A model generated the notes under the pieces. It saw only the letters and a program-made list of their open reading frames with translations, was not told the origin of the DNA and did no database searches. Below, one piece after another: positions 9,379-17,426 of a DNA stretch of 45,960 nucleotides. Origin of the DNA: a virus (taxonomy: Duplodnaviria > Caudoviricetes). Made by a program: the position numbers and the translations under genes. Position 1 is the stretch's first letter, and every line of letters starts with the position of its first letter. The stretch lies in the IMG/VR virus record IMGVR_UViG_3300034197_000041, positions 1-45,960 of that record; one strand, 5' to 3'.

Positions 9379-9486
9379 GGTGCAAACCCCTTCAGAGCGG
9401 GGCAAAAGCCAGGAAGAGCCTTGAGGCACGAAGCGGCGCGGATCTCACTGTTTCAAACCCCTTCAGCGCGGGGCAGCGGGCCGGCA
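9379..9486 (-). CRISPR. CRISPR-like mini-array: repeat, one spacer of about 34 nt, degenerate repeat
   Basis: Minus strand TGCCGGCCCGCTGCCCCGCGCTGAAGGGGTTTGAAAC / AGTGAGATCCGCGCCGCTTCGTGCCTCAAGGCTC / TTCCTGGCTTTTGCCCCGCTCTGAAGGGGTTTGCACC. Period 71 nt, 23/26 identity in the core, CCCC..GGGG hairpin followed by an 8-nt TTTGAAAC handle. Confidence 0.75.
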
Positions 9487-9498
9487 TGCCTCCCTCCA

Positions 9499-9527
9499 AT
9501 CCTAGCACGCGCGCGCGCCGCGCGCAA
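9499..9527 (-). promoter_or_regulatory. Sigma70-type promoter driving the mini-array
   Basis: TTGCGC (9527-9522), 17-nt spacer ending in TGc, TAGGAT (9504-9499), about 12 nt upstream of the first repeat. Confidence 0.7.
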
Positions 9528-9611
9528 GGCCCCTGGGAGGCGCTGTGACGATCTCGGCGCCAAGGACACCGCCCCGCCCCGTCGCGGGCCAGGGAGGCCC
9601 GGGGAGCGCGG

Positions 9612-9836
9612 CTAGGCGGGCAGATCACAGTCCGCTCGCGCCTGTGCCCACGCCGCGCGCCGCGAGCGGTGGCGCCGGGTGCGGTAGGTGCCGCGCTCAG
9701 CCCAGAAGTAACGCACGACCACCGGGCCGAACTGAAGATAGCGGCACGTGTAGCCGAAGCCAGCGGCCAGCAGGGCGTCGTGCGCGTCGCTCTCGGCGGC
9801 GCCGTGGGGCTCTGGCTGGTAGAAGAGGGGGCTCAT
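9612..9836 (-). CDS. Small hypothetical protein
   Basis: 74 aa, ATGA-coupled to the recombinase stop. Confidence 0.6.
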   Translation of the reverse strand: MSPLFYQPEPHGAAESDAHDALLAAGFGYTCRYLQFGPVVVRYFWAERGTYRTRRHRSRRAAWAQARADCDLPA

Positions 9837-10774
9837 AGGGGCACGTCTCCCATCGCCTCGCCCGCCGCCCGGAGCGCCCGCTCGCCGCGCCGGTCGTAGC
9901 CGGCGGTGGTGTCGGTGCTGGCGTGGCCGGCGACGCGGGCCGCCGTGGCGAGATCGACGCCGCGATCAAGCAGATTCGAGATCAAGGTGCGGCGCATGTC
10001 ATGCGGCGTGGCGGGCGCCACGGCGGCCTCGGCGCAGCGGCGCAGCAGGACGTAGCGCACGGCGGCCGGCGTCAGGCGCCGGTCGTCGAGCGGGCGCCCC
10101 GTCCTGCTGATCGCGACGAAGAGCGGGCCGGCGGGGCGCGTGGCGGCCCACACCCGCGCCAGGGCGAGGGCGTCGCCGGCCAGGTAGACCGCGCGGTCCT
10201 TGGCGCCCTTGCCCCGCCGCACGGAGAGGCGCCCGTCGGCGGCGAGGTCGGCGAGGTCCAGCGCCGAGAGCTCAGCCCGGCGCAGGCCCCCGGCGAGGCC
10301 GACGGCGAGCAGCGCGGCGTCGCGCCGGCCGCGCGGCGAGGCGTCGGCGGCGCAGGCCCGGAAGAGCGCGGCCACCTCGGCCAGGTCCAGCATGCGCCCG
10401 CGCGGGGCGGCCTGGCCGGCGACGGGGCGCAGATCGACCAGGCGGGCGTAGTCGTCGGCCGAGAGCAGGCCGCAGCGGCGGCAGGCGAGCAGCACGCCGC
10501 GCAGGGCGGCCAGCAGGCGGTTGGCGGTCGCGGGGGCGTAGCGGGCTGCGAGCTGCTGGCGCAGGGCGGCCACCTGGTGCCAGCCCAGATCGTGCCAGGG
10601 GCAGGCGTCGGGACCGGGGCGGCGCAGGAGGGCGGCCAGGGCCTTCAGGGCGGCGGCCTGGGTGGCCGCAGAGCCGGGGGCGAGCGTGGCCAGGTAGGCG
10701 GCCGCAGGCGAGACTTCCTGAAAGTCTTCTTTTCGATCCTGTCGCATCTGGACGCGATCCGCGAGCGTGGCCAT
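9833..10774 (-). CDS. Tyrosine recombinase (Xer/resolvase-like), second copy
   Basis: GLRRAEL (R), VRRGKG (K), TPHDMRR (HxxR) and AGHAS...TTAGY (H, Y) give a complete catalytic set. ATG at 10774 with GGGAG RBS. Confidence 0.9.
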   Translation of the reverse strand: MATLADRVQMRQDRKEDFQEVSPAAAYLATLAPGSAATQAAALKALAALLRRPGPDACPWHDLGWHQVAALRQQLAARYAPATANRLLAALRGVLLACRRCGLLSADDYARLVDLRPVAGQAAPRGRMLDLAEVAALFRACAADASPRGRRDAALLAVGLAGGLRRAELSALDLADLAADGRLSVRRGKGAKDRAVYLAGDALALARVWAATRPAGPLFVAISRTGRPLDDRRLTPAAVRYVLLRRCAEAAVAPATPHDMRRTLISNLLDRGVDLATAARVAGHASTDTTAGYDRRGERALRAAGEAMGDVPL

Positions 10775-10868
10775 GGCGGGCTCCCGGGGCGGCGGCGGGG
10801 CATGGCTCAGCATAGCACGGGCGCAAAGAGCCCCCGGCGAGGGGCGCCGGGGGGCGGGCGGGGCGGTG

Positions 10869-11111
10869 TCAGTCGGCGGCCAGGGCCGTGCCGCACGCCC
10901 GGCAGCGCGGGTGAAAGCGCTCGTTGATCTGCCGGCAGGCCGGGCAGCGGCACACGATGGCCCAGTTTGGCGGCGTGAGCGCTACCACGATCAGGCCCAG
11001 GGGGCCGAGAAACAGCCCGGCGAGCAGGCCGACGATCACCGGGCGCCCCTTGCGGTGGGAGACGAGCGGGCAGCACGCGCCGCAGATGATCCAGACCAGG
11101 ACGATGAGCAT
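10869..11111 (-). CDS. Small two-TM membrane protein with C-terminal zinc ribbon
   Basis: AAGGAGG RBS, two hydrophobic segments (GLFLGPLGLIVV), CPAC...CRAC. Confidence 0.7.
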   Translation of the reverse strand: MLIVLVWIICGACCPLVSHRKGRPVIVGLLAGLFLGPLGLIVVALTPPNWAIVCRCPACRQINERFHPRCRACGTALAAD

Positions 11112-11243
11112 GACGGGGACCTCCTTGCCTGCATCGTGCCCCCGGCGCGTTACGGCGCGGGCACGGGCGGCACGGTGCCACGCGGCCCCCGCCGGGGCGT
11201 GGGGCGGGGCTAGCGGGGGCGGCGGGGGCGGCTCAGCCGGCGA

Positions 11244-12881
11244 TCACCACAGCCCGCCCTGGCTGGCGCCGTGGGCGGAGCGCTGGGCCTGCTTGAACGG
11301 GCCGGTGATCGGCGGCATCTCCAGCCGGGCGCGCCCGTGCAGGAGGTCGCCGACGGCGAGGATCTGGAGCTTCGGAAAATCCTTACCCCAGCCCGGCGAG
11401 CGGTAGAAGCCGGCGCTGGTGGCCTCTAGCCGCATCTCGCGGGTAGGCTCTTCCAAGGTGATAAAGGCGCCGAGGGCGGCCCGCTCGCGCTCGATCACCC
11501 CGCGCAAATCCCGCACGTCGCGGGAGGAAACCGCCCCACTCTTCACCTGCACCAGGGCCTGCTTCGGGGTCTCGTTCGCCTCATCGAAGAAGGTGATCAG
11601 CCCATCAACGCCACGATCGGCACCCTTCTTCCCGCGCTTGCCGTCGCCCACGTCGCCGAAAGGGCGGGCCCTGACCAGCGAGAGCGCCCACCACTGGAAC
11701 TGGTAGCGGTCCTGGCGGGCCAGCGCCTGCGCGGCGCCGAGGTCCTCGGGCTCGCCGATCACCTGGTAGGCGATGCCGGGGAACATCTCGGCTAGGCGGC
11801 TCTTCTGGATGCTGATGGCCAGGTGGGTCACATCGATGCCGAGCCACGCACGATCGAGGCGCTGGGCGGCCGCGATCGCGGTGCCGCAGCCGCAGAAGGA
11901 GTCGAGCACCAGGTCGCCGGGGTTGGAGCTGGCGGCGATGATCCGCTCGAGCAGGGCCAGGGGCTTCTGCGTCGGGTAGCCGAGGCGCTCGGCGGCTTGC
12001 GAATTCAGCGGGGGGATGTCGTCCCAAAGATTTTGAAGCGGCTGGCCCTGCGACTCGTCAAGGTACAGCTTGAGACGGATCCGCCCTCCGGGGTCTCTCG
12101 GGAAGGAGAGTCGGCCCTCGAGATCATACTGTTCCATCTTTTCACGACAAATGGACCAGCCATTGGGGTGCGGCGTATAGCCACTGTACTCATAGGTCAG
12201 GTTAGGACGGGGGCTGGGACTGCGCAGATCGCGGGTGGTGTAGCGGCGCCCATGCTCGTCCACCAACGTGTACTTCTCGGCAATGTGCTTTTCAGAGAGT
12301 GGCACGCTCGGTCGGTTCCAGGTCGCGCTATCAGATTTGGCGTAGAAGAGAAGAATGTCGGTGACATCACCATAGCGTGCCCGCGCATCGCTATGGGCGC
12401 TCGTGCGCTTCCAGACAATCTCGTTACGGAAGTTCTGCGGCCCGAAGATGGTGTCGAGCAGGATCTTCAGGTAGTGGCTGGCTGTCGGGTCGCAGTGCAG
12501 GTACAGGCTTCCCGTGGGCTTGAGCACCCGGTGCAGCTCGACGAGGCGCGCGGCCATCATCACCAGGTAGGCCATCATCGGGCTGCGGCCCAGCATCGTG
12601 CGCATCGCCCCCACCATGGTGCTGACCCGCGCCGGCGCATCGGTGACCAGCTCGCGGTAGGTCCGCTCGGCCGTCTCGCCCCACTGCCAGGTATCCCCGA
12701 AGACGGCGATCTGGGCATCGCTGAGCTTGCCCTGCTCGTCACGGAAGAGCAGGTTGAAGGTACGCTGAGAATTGAAAGGGGGATCGAGATACACCAGGTC
12801 GGCGGTGGCGTCGGCGATGTGCTCGCGCAGGATGTCGAGGTTATCGCCGTAGTAGAGCGTGTTCTGGTGCGCTGGCGGCAT
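11244..12881 (-). CDS. N6/N4 DNA methyltransferase (beta class) fused to Mrr-like restriction endonuclease domain
   Basis: YLDPPF catalytic motif, YPTQKP, DSFCGCGT SAM motif, C-terminal ADRGVDG...VQVKSG. Start taken at MPPAHQNTLYYGDNL. Confidence 0.88.
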   Translation of the reverse strand: MPPAHQNTLYYGDNLDILREHIADATADLVYLDPPFNSQRTFNLLFRDEQGKLSDAQIAVFGDTWQWGETAERTYRELVTDAPARVSTMVGAMRTMLGRSPMMAYLVMMAARLVELHRVLKPTGSLYLHCDPTASHYLKILLDTIFGPQNFRNEIVWKRTSAHSDARARYGDVTDILLFYAKSDSATWNRPSVPLSEKHIAEKYTLVDEHGRRYTTRDLRSPSPRPNLTYEYSGYTPHPNGWSICREKMEQYDLEGRLSFPRDPGGRIRLKLYLDESQGQPLQNLWDDIPPLNSQAAERLGYPTQKPLALLERIIAASSNPGDLVLDSFCGCGTAIAAAQRLDRAWLGIDVTHLAISIQKSRLAEMFPGIAYQVIGEPEDLGAAQALARQDRYQFQWWALSLVRARPFGDVGDGKRGKKGADRGVDGLITFFDEANETPKQALVQVKSGAVSSRDVRDLRGVIERERAALGAFITLEEPTREMRLEATSAGFYRSPGWGKDFPKLQILAVGDLLHGRARLEMPPITGPFKQAQRSAHGASQGGLW

Positions 12882-13124
12882 GGGGGTACCCCGTGTGCGT
12901 TGGATTGCAGTGTCAAACGTAGTATGGAGCAAGGCCAATACCAGGAAAGCTATGCGTACAGCTGTTCGACACGCACAACATAGGCCATTACAATCATAAG
13001 AACGCGGGGAAACGCGCGAACGATACGCCCTGTCTGCACATAGACAAGGCGCGTTAGACATGCGTTAGGGTTTGCGGCCCACCGGCCTCACGGCTCCGCA
13101 GTGTTTGCCAGGGCCGACACGGAT

Positions 13125-13160
13125 CGCGCCCCCTGTCCCAAAATCGGGGCAGGGGGCGCG
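13125..13160. terminator. Hairpin ending the leftward early operon
   Basis: CGCGCCCCCTGTCCC-6 nt-GGGGCAGGGGGCGCG, 14/15 paired. Confidence 0.6.
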
Positions 13161-13183
13161 GGGCGTGGGCCGGGCGCGGAAGG

Positions 13184-13474
13184 TCAGCGCCCGGCGAGGC
13201 GCAGCGCCTGCTCGGTCGCCTGGCGCATCTCGTCGGGGCTGTAGCCCACGCGCGCCGCCGCGTCGAGCACGTCGGCCAGGCGCTGGGCCAGGCTGCCGAC
13301 GACATCCTCGGGGTCCAGCGGGATCAGCGCGTCGCGCGGGGCGATCTCCGGCCCGCTCAGGGTCTGCAGGACCACCATCGGGCGCGGCGGGGTCTGCGTC
13401 GCGTCGAGGTACTCGCCCACGACCCGGCCGCCGAACGTGTGCGTGCGCGCCCACTGGGCAATCTCAATGCTCAT
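13184..13474 (-). CDS. Hypothetical protein
   Basis: 96 aa from MSIEIAQWARTH, in operon. Confidence 0.65.
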   Translation of the reverse strand: MSIEIAQWARTHTFGGRVVGEYLDATQTPPRPMVVLQTLSGPEIAPRDALIPLDPEDVVGSLAQRLADVLDAAARVGYSPDEMRQATEQALRLAGR

Positions 13475-13479
13475 GCTCT

Positions 13480-13791
13480 TCACCCCTTCAGGTAGCGGCG
13501 GGCAAACACGGCCATGTCGAGCGGGTGGCTCCGATCCAGGCCGAGCGCCTCCAGCAGTTGATTGTGCGTGACCTGACGCTGGCTGTCGAGGTAGCGCAGC
13601 GTGTCGTCGTCGTGCCCCGATCCGTCCATCTCGGCCACATAGTCCAGGTAGTCGCTGCACAGGCCGGTCAACCCTTCGACCCGGAGCATCCACGGCTCAA
13701 TGCCAGAGTTGCCCGCACGACCGCGCATCCAGCTCGCCGCGATCAGCGCCAGCACCACGCCCACGAGCGCCCCGCCAAGAAGAAGCTCCAT
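13480..13791 (-). CDS. Membrane-anchored hypothetical protein
   Basis: N-terminal hydrophobic helix MELLLGGALVGVVLALIAASW, AAAGG RBS. Confidence 0.65.
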   Translation of the reverse strand: MELLLGGALVGVVLALIAASWMRGRAGNSGIEPWMLRVEGLTGLCSDYLDYVAEMDGSGHDDDTLRYLDSQRQVTHNQLLEALGLDRSHPLDMAVFARRYLKG

Positions 13792-13901
13792 CGCGCGCCC
13801 TTTCAGTATACGTTCCGCGTTCATCGTATGCCAAACTACAAAAAATCAGGCAGCTCCTCCTCGGGCAGCCTGGCCAGCCCCGCCGGGGGCGCGCCGTCGC
13901 C

Positions 13902-14177
13902 TCAGCGCAGCGGCGGCTTCATCGTCTCTTCGACGTACGCCCTACGCAGCGACGACTCGACGGCGAGACGATGCTCGCGCTCGAGCTCGCGGCGCCGGCG
14001 CAGGGCGGCGGTGACGATCTCGGCCGCCGCCGGGTCTGCGGCGCACACGGCGTCCACCAGGTCGTCGTAGGCGGCCAGCGCCGCGCGCACCGTCTCGATG
14101 TCGCGGGCGATCTGGTGGTCGGCGACGACCGCGCGGATCGCGGCCTCGACGATAGCGCGCTGCTGCTCGGGGGTCAC
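13902..14177 (-). CDS. Hypothetical protein (frame continues 21 codons past the TGA)
   Basis: GTGA overlap with the upstream gene, helical protein. Confidence 0.6.
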   Translation of the reverse strand: MTPEQQRAIVEAAIRAVVADHQIARDIETVRAALAAYDDLVDAVCAADPAAAEIVTAALRRRRELEREHRLAVESSLRRAYVEETMKPPLR

Positions 14178-14455
14178 TCCGACTGCCCGCCGTAGACAAC
14201 GCCCAGGCGCTCGGCGAGGGTGCGCGGGTCCGGCTCGGGCAGCCCCAGCGCCCGCCGCGCGACCTGGCCGTCGTCGGCCAGCTCCTGCATGCCCCAGCTC
14301 CCGACCACGGTCGCCTCGGCGTAGTACGCCAGCGCCTGGCGCAGCTGCGCCACCTCGTCGAGCAGCCAGGCCAGATCGGTGGGCGCCCAGGCGTGGACCA
14401 ACTCCAGCGCCCGGCTGGAGGCCAGGCGGGCGCGGATCTCCTCAGTGCGTGACAT
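14174..14455 (-). CDS. Hypothetical phage protein
   Basis: MSRTEEIRARL...APTDLAWLLDEVAQLR, a motif type common in small phage proteins. Confidence 0.65.
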   Translation of the reverse strand: MSRTEEIRARLASSRALELVHAWAPTDLAWLLDEVAQLRQALAYYAEATVVGSWGMQELADDGQVARRALGLPEPDPRTLAERLGVVYGGQSE

Positions 14456-14966
14456 TGAGCTGCTCCCTGATCGCCGCCTCGACGACCGCCGGCACATTCC
14501 AGAGCCCCAGCGCTCCCCGCGCCGGCACGGGCGCGGGGAGCGGGCACACGTCGGCGAGCAGCCAGGCGTAGCGGCCTGGCGCGTAGTCCCCGAAGGCGCG
14601 TTCCTGGTCGGTTAACTCCCACCGGTCCAGCCGATAGCGGTATCGGCTGGGCAGGCTAGGCCCGAAGCACACGTCTGTGCTCACAATGTCCACCAGCGTG
14701 GCCACGGCGACGATCTGACCAAGCGGCAGTCCACACGCCGGCGTCAGGTGTGCCCCGTAGCCAGCGGCGATGAGTGTACTGGCGAACGGGTCGTGACAGC
14801 ACAGGCTGTACAGTCCCGCGTGCCCACCGACCGGCCCCAGCCCCGCGCCGGCGTGGATGGCGATGGGGCCGCAGTAAGCCGCCGTCGCCCAGCTGCGAGT
14901 CTCGATTTTCTTGGCGCCCAGGGCGATCAGGGTGGCCCAGGGCTGGGTCAGGGTGAGTCCCTTCAT
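14442..14966 (-). CDS. ASCH domain protein
   Basis: LTLTQPWATLIALGAKKIETRSW...IAIHAG and PVPARGALGLW signatures. Confidence 0.9.
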   Translation of the reverse strand: MKGLTLTQPWATLIALGAKKIETRSWATAAYCGPIAIHAGAGLGPVGGHAGLYSLCCHDPFASTLIAAGYGAHLTPACGLPLGQIVAVATLVDIVSTDVCFGPSLPSRYRYRLDRWELTDQERAFGDYAPGRYAWLLADVCPLPAPVPARGALGLWNVPAVVEAAIREQLNVTH

Positions 14967-14995
14967 CGTAATTATACCTTTCGGCGTCAGGATGC

Positions 14996-15520
14996 CTAGA
15001 ACGGGATCTCGCCGTCGTCGGGCAGCGGCTGGGGCTGGTTGCGCGGCGCGTTGGGCGCCGTGCCGCCGCGAGGCTTCGCCAGCGAGCGCGGCGCCGCTGC
15101 GGGGGGCGCAGCGGGCGCAGCGGGGGCCGGGGCGTCGTCGTCGCCGAAGATCGGCGCGTCAACGTCGTCGATCGGGGCGCGCTCCCCCTTCGGCGAGAGG
15201 ATGATCATGTCGCTCAGCACGACCTCGGTGGCGTAGCGCTCCTGCCCGTCGCGGTCGGTGTACTTGCGCGTCTTGAGGCGCCCCTCGACGTAGACCTTCG
15301 TGCCCTTGCTCAGGTACTGGTTGCAGACCTCGGCGAGCTTATCCCAGGCAACGCAGCGGAACCACTCGGTCTCCTCGTGGGCCGCGCCGTCGCGGTCCTT
15401 CCACTGGCGGCCAGCCGCGACGCTGAAGGTCGTGACCGCGCTGCCCGTCGGCGTGTAGCGCATCTCGGGATCGCCGCCCAGGCGGCCGATCACCATCACC
15501 TTGTTCAGGTCTCTGGACAT
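14996..15520 (-). CDS. ssb: Single-stranded DNA-binding protein
   Basis: LNKVMVIGRLGGDPEMRYTP, TEWFRCVAW, KVYVEGRLKTR and an acidic C-terminal tail ending IPF. Confidence 0.96.
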   Translation of the reverse strand: MSRDLNKVMVIGRLGGDPEMRYTPTGSAVTTFSVAAGRQWKDRDGAAHEETEWFRCVAWDKLAEVCNQYLSKGTKVYVEGRLKTRKYTDRDGQERYATEVVLSDMIILSPKGERAPIDDVDAPIFGDDDAPAPAAPAAPPAAAPRSLAKPRGGTAPNAPRNQPQPLPDDGEIPF

Positions 15521-15543
15521 CCTCGTCTCCGTTCTGTAGGGGC

Positions 15544-15561
15544 CTGCTACGACGGTAGCAG
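15544..15561. repeat. Dispersed 18-bp palindrome, copy 3
   Basis: CTGCTAC GACG GTAGCAG, intergenic, upstream of ssb. Confidence 0.85.
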
Positions 15562-15577
15562 GCCCGCGATCACCGCC

Positions 15578-16399
15578 CTACCGCCCCACGGCCCCGCGCT
15601 CATCGTACCCCGCCCCGCCAGCCTCTTCGAGCGCCGTCGCATACTCCCTGGCCCAGTGCTGAATGCCATCCCACTCGCGCAGCGCGGCGGCGTGCACCGC
15701 GTCGGGGCGCCAGAGCCCGCGCAGGTACTCGGCGTCGATCGCCGCCGGGTGCAGGCTCACGAAGGGCACCACCGTGGCCGTATCGCCCTTGCCCCACTCC
15801 TGCTCCTCACCGGGGCCGAGCACGAGCGCGACCTCGTGGAAGGTCACGAGCGCCGGGTGGCGCTGGCGGTCGATCAGCGTGTCGCCGGCCTCGCAGACCC
15901 GCCCGTGGTCCACCAGGGCCGCGAGCAGCACGTCGGTCATACGCGAGCGCACCGAGAGCTGCACCAGGCGCAGGTAGCCCACCTGCACCAGGGGGCGCAG
16001 GAAGCCGCGCACGGCCAGCTTCGAGCGCTCGCCCGCGCCCCAGCGTAGGCCGATGCCGGCCTCGGCCGTCTCGCGGGCGTTGGCCCCGGCCAGGCTGCCG
16101 GCGACGGTCGGCGCCACCGGGCCGCTCGTCACCGGGTAGAAGCCGACGCTGTCGTGCAGCGCCCAGTGCGTCACGATCTCCGCCCCGCCGGGGCGCTGGT
16201 GCTTGATCTCGATCTGCGCGACCGTCGCCTCGCCCATGGCCGCGTCGAGCTCGCCGTCGCGCCCGGCCTCGATGTGGAAGCCCACGTAGGGGGCAAAGCG
16301 CCCGCTGCCCAGCGTGCGGCGGGCGACGGACTTCCCGCTGGCGTACTGGAGGGTGGGGGCGTCGATCACGGGGCGGACCTTGTTTCTTCCGATGGTCAT
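15578..16399 (-). CDS. Hypothetical protein (possible recombination/ssDNA-associated function by position)
   Basis: 273 aa immediately upstream of ssb. No motif recognised. Confidence 0.65.
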   Translation of the reverse strand: MTIGRNKVRPVIDAPTLQYASGKSVARRTLGSGRFAPYVGFHIEAGRDGELDAAMGEATVAQIEIKHQRPGGAEIVTHWALHDSVGFYPVTSGPVAPTVAGSLAGANARETAEAGIGLRWGAGERSKLAVRGFLRPLVQVGYLRLVQLSVRSRMTDVLLAALVDHGRVCEAGDTLIDRQRHPALVTFHEVALVLGPGEEQEWGKGDTATVVPFVSLHPAAIDAEYLRGLWRPDAVHAAALREWDGIQHWAREYATALEEAGGAGYDERGAVGR

Positions 16400-16463
16400 T
16401 GAGGGCCTTGCTTTCGTTGTGATGCCGCGCCGCAATGGGGCGCGTCGGGTTGCGAGAAATCTA

Positions 16464-16889
16464 CTAGTCGAAGAACTCGGACATCAGGGCGTCGCGAATA
16501 GCGCCGGCCTGGTCGGTGAGCGCGGCCACGTAGAGCAGCACGCGGTGGGGGACCTGGTCGCCCTCGGCGAACTCCACGGCGTTGCGGTGATCGGGCTCTG
16601 CGATCTGCCAGCGACTCACCTCTCCCCGAGGGTTGCGCAGCTCGAAGCGCCGACCGCCGTGCTCGAAGGTGAGCGCCACGTCCCCGCCCTGGTCGCTCAC
16701 GAAGAGCTCGCGGCCAGTCGCCTCGAGGAACGCCGTCCCGAAGCGGGCCTCGAGGCGCTCGAGAAAGTCAGCGGCGGTCGCGGCCCGCCGCTGCGCCCGG
16801 TCGGCCTCGGCGGCATCCTCAGCTGCGCGGATCTTGCGGGTCTCAACGGTGACGACTGCGGTGATCAGGTCGGTAAGGGTCGTCTGCAT
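16464..16889 (-). CDS. Hypothetical protein
   Basis: 141 aa from MQTTLTDL, AAAGG RBS. Confidence 0.65.
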   Translation of the reverse strand: MQTTLTDLITAVVTVETRKIRAAEDAAEADRAQRRAATAADFLERLEARFGTAFLEATGRELFVSDQGGDVALTFEHGGRRFELRNPRGEVSRWQIAEPDHRNAVEFAEGDQVPHRVLLYVAALTDQAGAIRDALMSEFFD

Positions 16890-16915
16890 CTCAACTGCCT
16901 TTCGTTGCGAAAAAT

Positions 16916-17032
16916 CTACGCCGCCTTCACCGGCCCCGGGGGCGGCGCCTGAATGCGCCCGCCCGTCTCGATCAGCCGCCGGAGGGTCGCGTCGCTCACG
17001 ACCACCGGCTTCTCGGGCTGCTTCGTGCTCAT
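16916..17032 (-). CDS. 38-aa hypothetical peptide (MSTKQPEKPVVVSDATLRRLIETGG...)
   Basis: GGAGG RBS and ATGA coupling with the upstream ORF. Not in the ORF track. Confidence 0.55.
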   Translation of the reverse strand: MSTKQPEKPVVVSDATLRRLIETGGRIQAPPPGPVKAA

Positions 17033-17283
17033 CGCCGCACCTCCGCTGCGAGCGCCGCCGCCGCGCGCTCAATGCTCAGGTAGCCCTCGGTGACCCAGTC
17101 GTTGATCACGGCGGCCACGGGGCGGCGCTTTGCCGAGGCGCGCACGCTGGCCTGTGCCCGCACCTGGACGGCGTCGAGGCTGGCCAGCCAGGCCACGCGG
17201 CGCCCGTGCGTCAGGAGATCCCACTCGGCGCTCGTCAGCATCCCCTCGGCGCCGATCAGTCGATTCAAGTTGAGCATAGCCAT
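17029..17283 (-). CDS. Hypothetical protein
   Basis: 84 aa, AAGGA RBS. Confidence 0.6.
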   Translation of the reverse strand: MAMLNLNRLIGAEGMLTSAEWDLLTHGRRVAWLASLDAVQVRAQASVRASAKRRPVAAVINDWVTEGYLSIERAAAALAAEVRR

Positions 17284-17426
17284 GGTATCCTTCTGGTGTC
17301 TGGGCGGCGGGGTTGTTGCCCTTCCGTCGCCGCCCGGGCGGGTTGGTTCGTCGGGGGCGCCCGTCAGTCTTCACCTGATGGGCGCCTTCGTGCGTCGTCT
17401 ACCACTTCAACGCGATCACCCCCTCT

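Noticed and set aside
9379-11111. cas genes or a longer CRISPR array
   Set aside because: No Cas motifs were recognised in neighbouring ORFs, and no third repeat occurs at 71-nt spacing on either side.
12882-13061. 60-aa N-terminal extension of the methyltransferase in the ORF track
   Set aside because: The family-typical start is at MPPAHQNTLYYGDNL and the extension looks non-coding.
14429-14440. Self-target of the mini-array spacer (GGCGCGGATCTC shared with 9435-9446)
   Set aside because: Only 12 contiguous nt match in very GC-rich DNA and the flanks need gaps. This is compatible with chance, though my search was by eye and not exhaustive.
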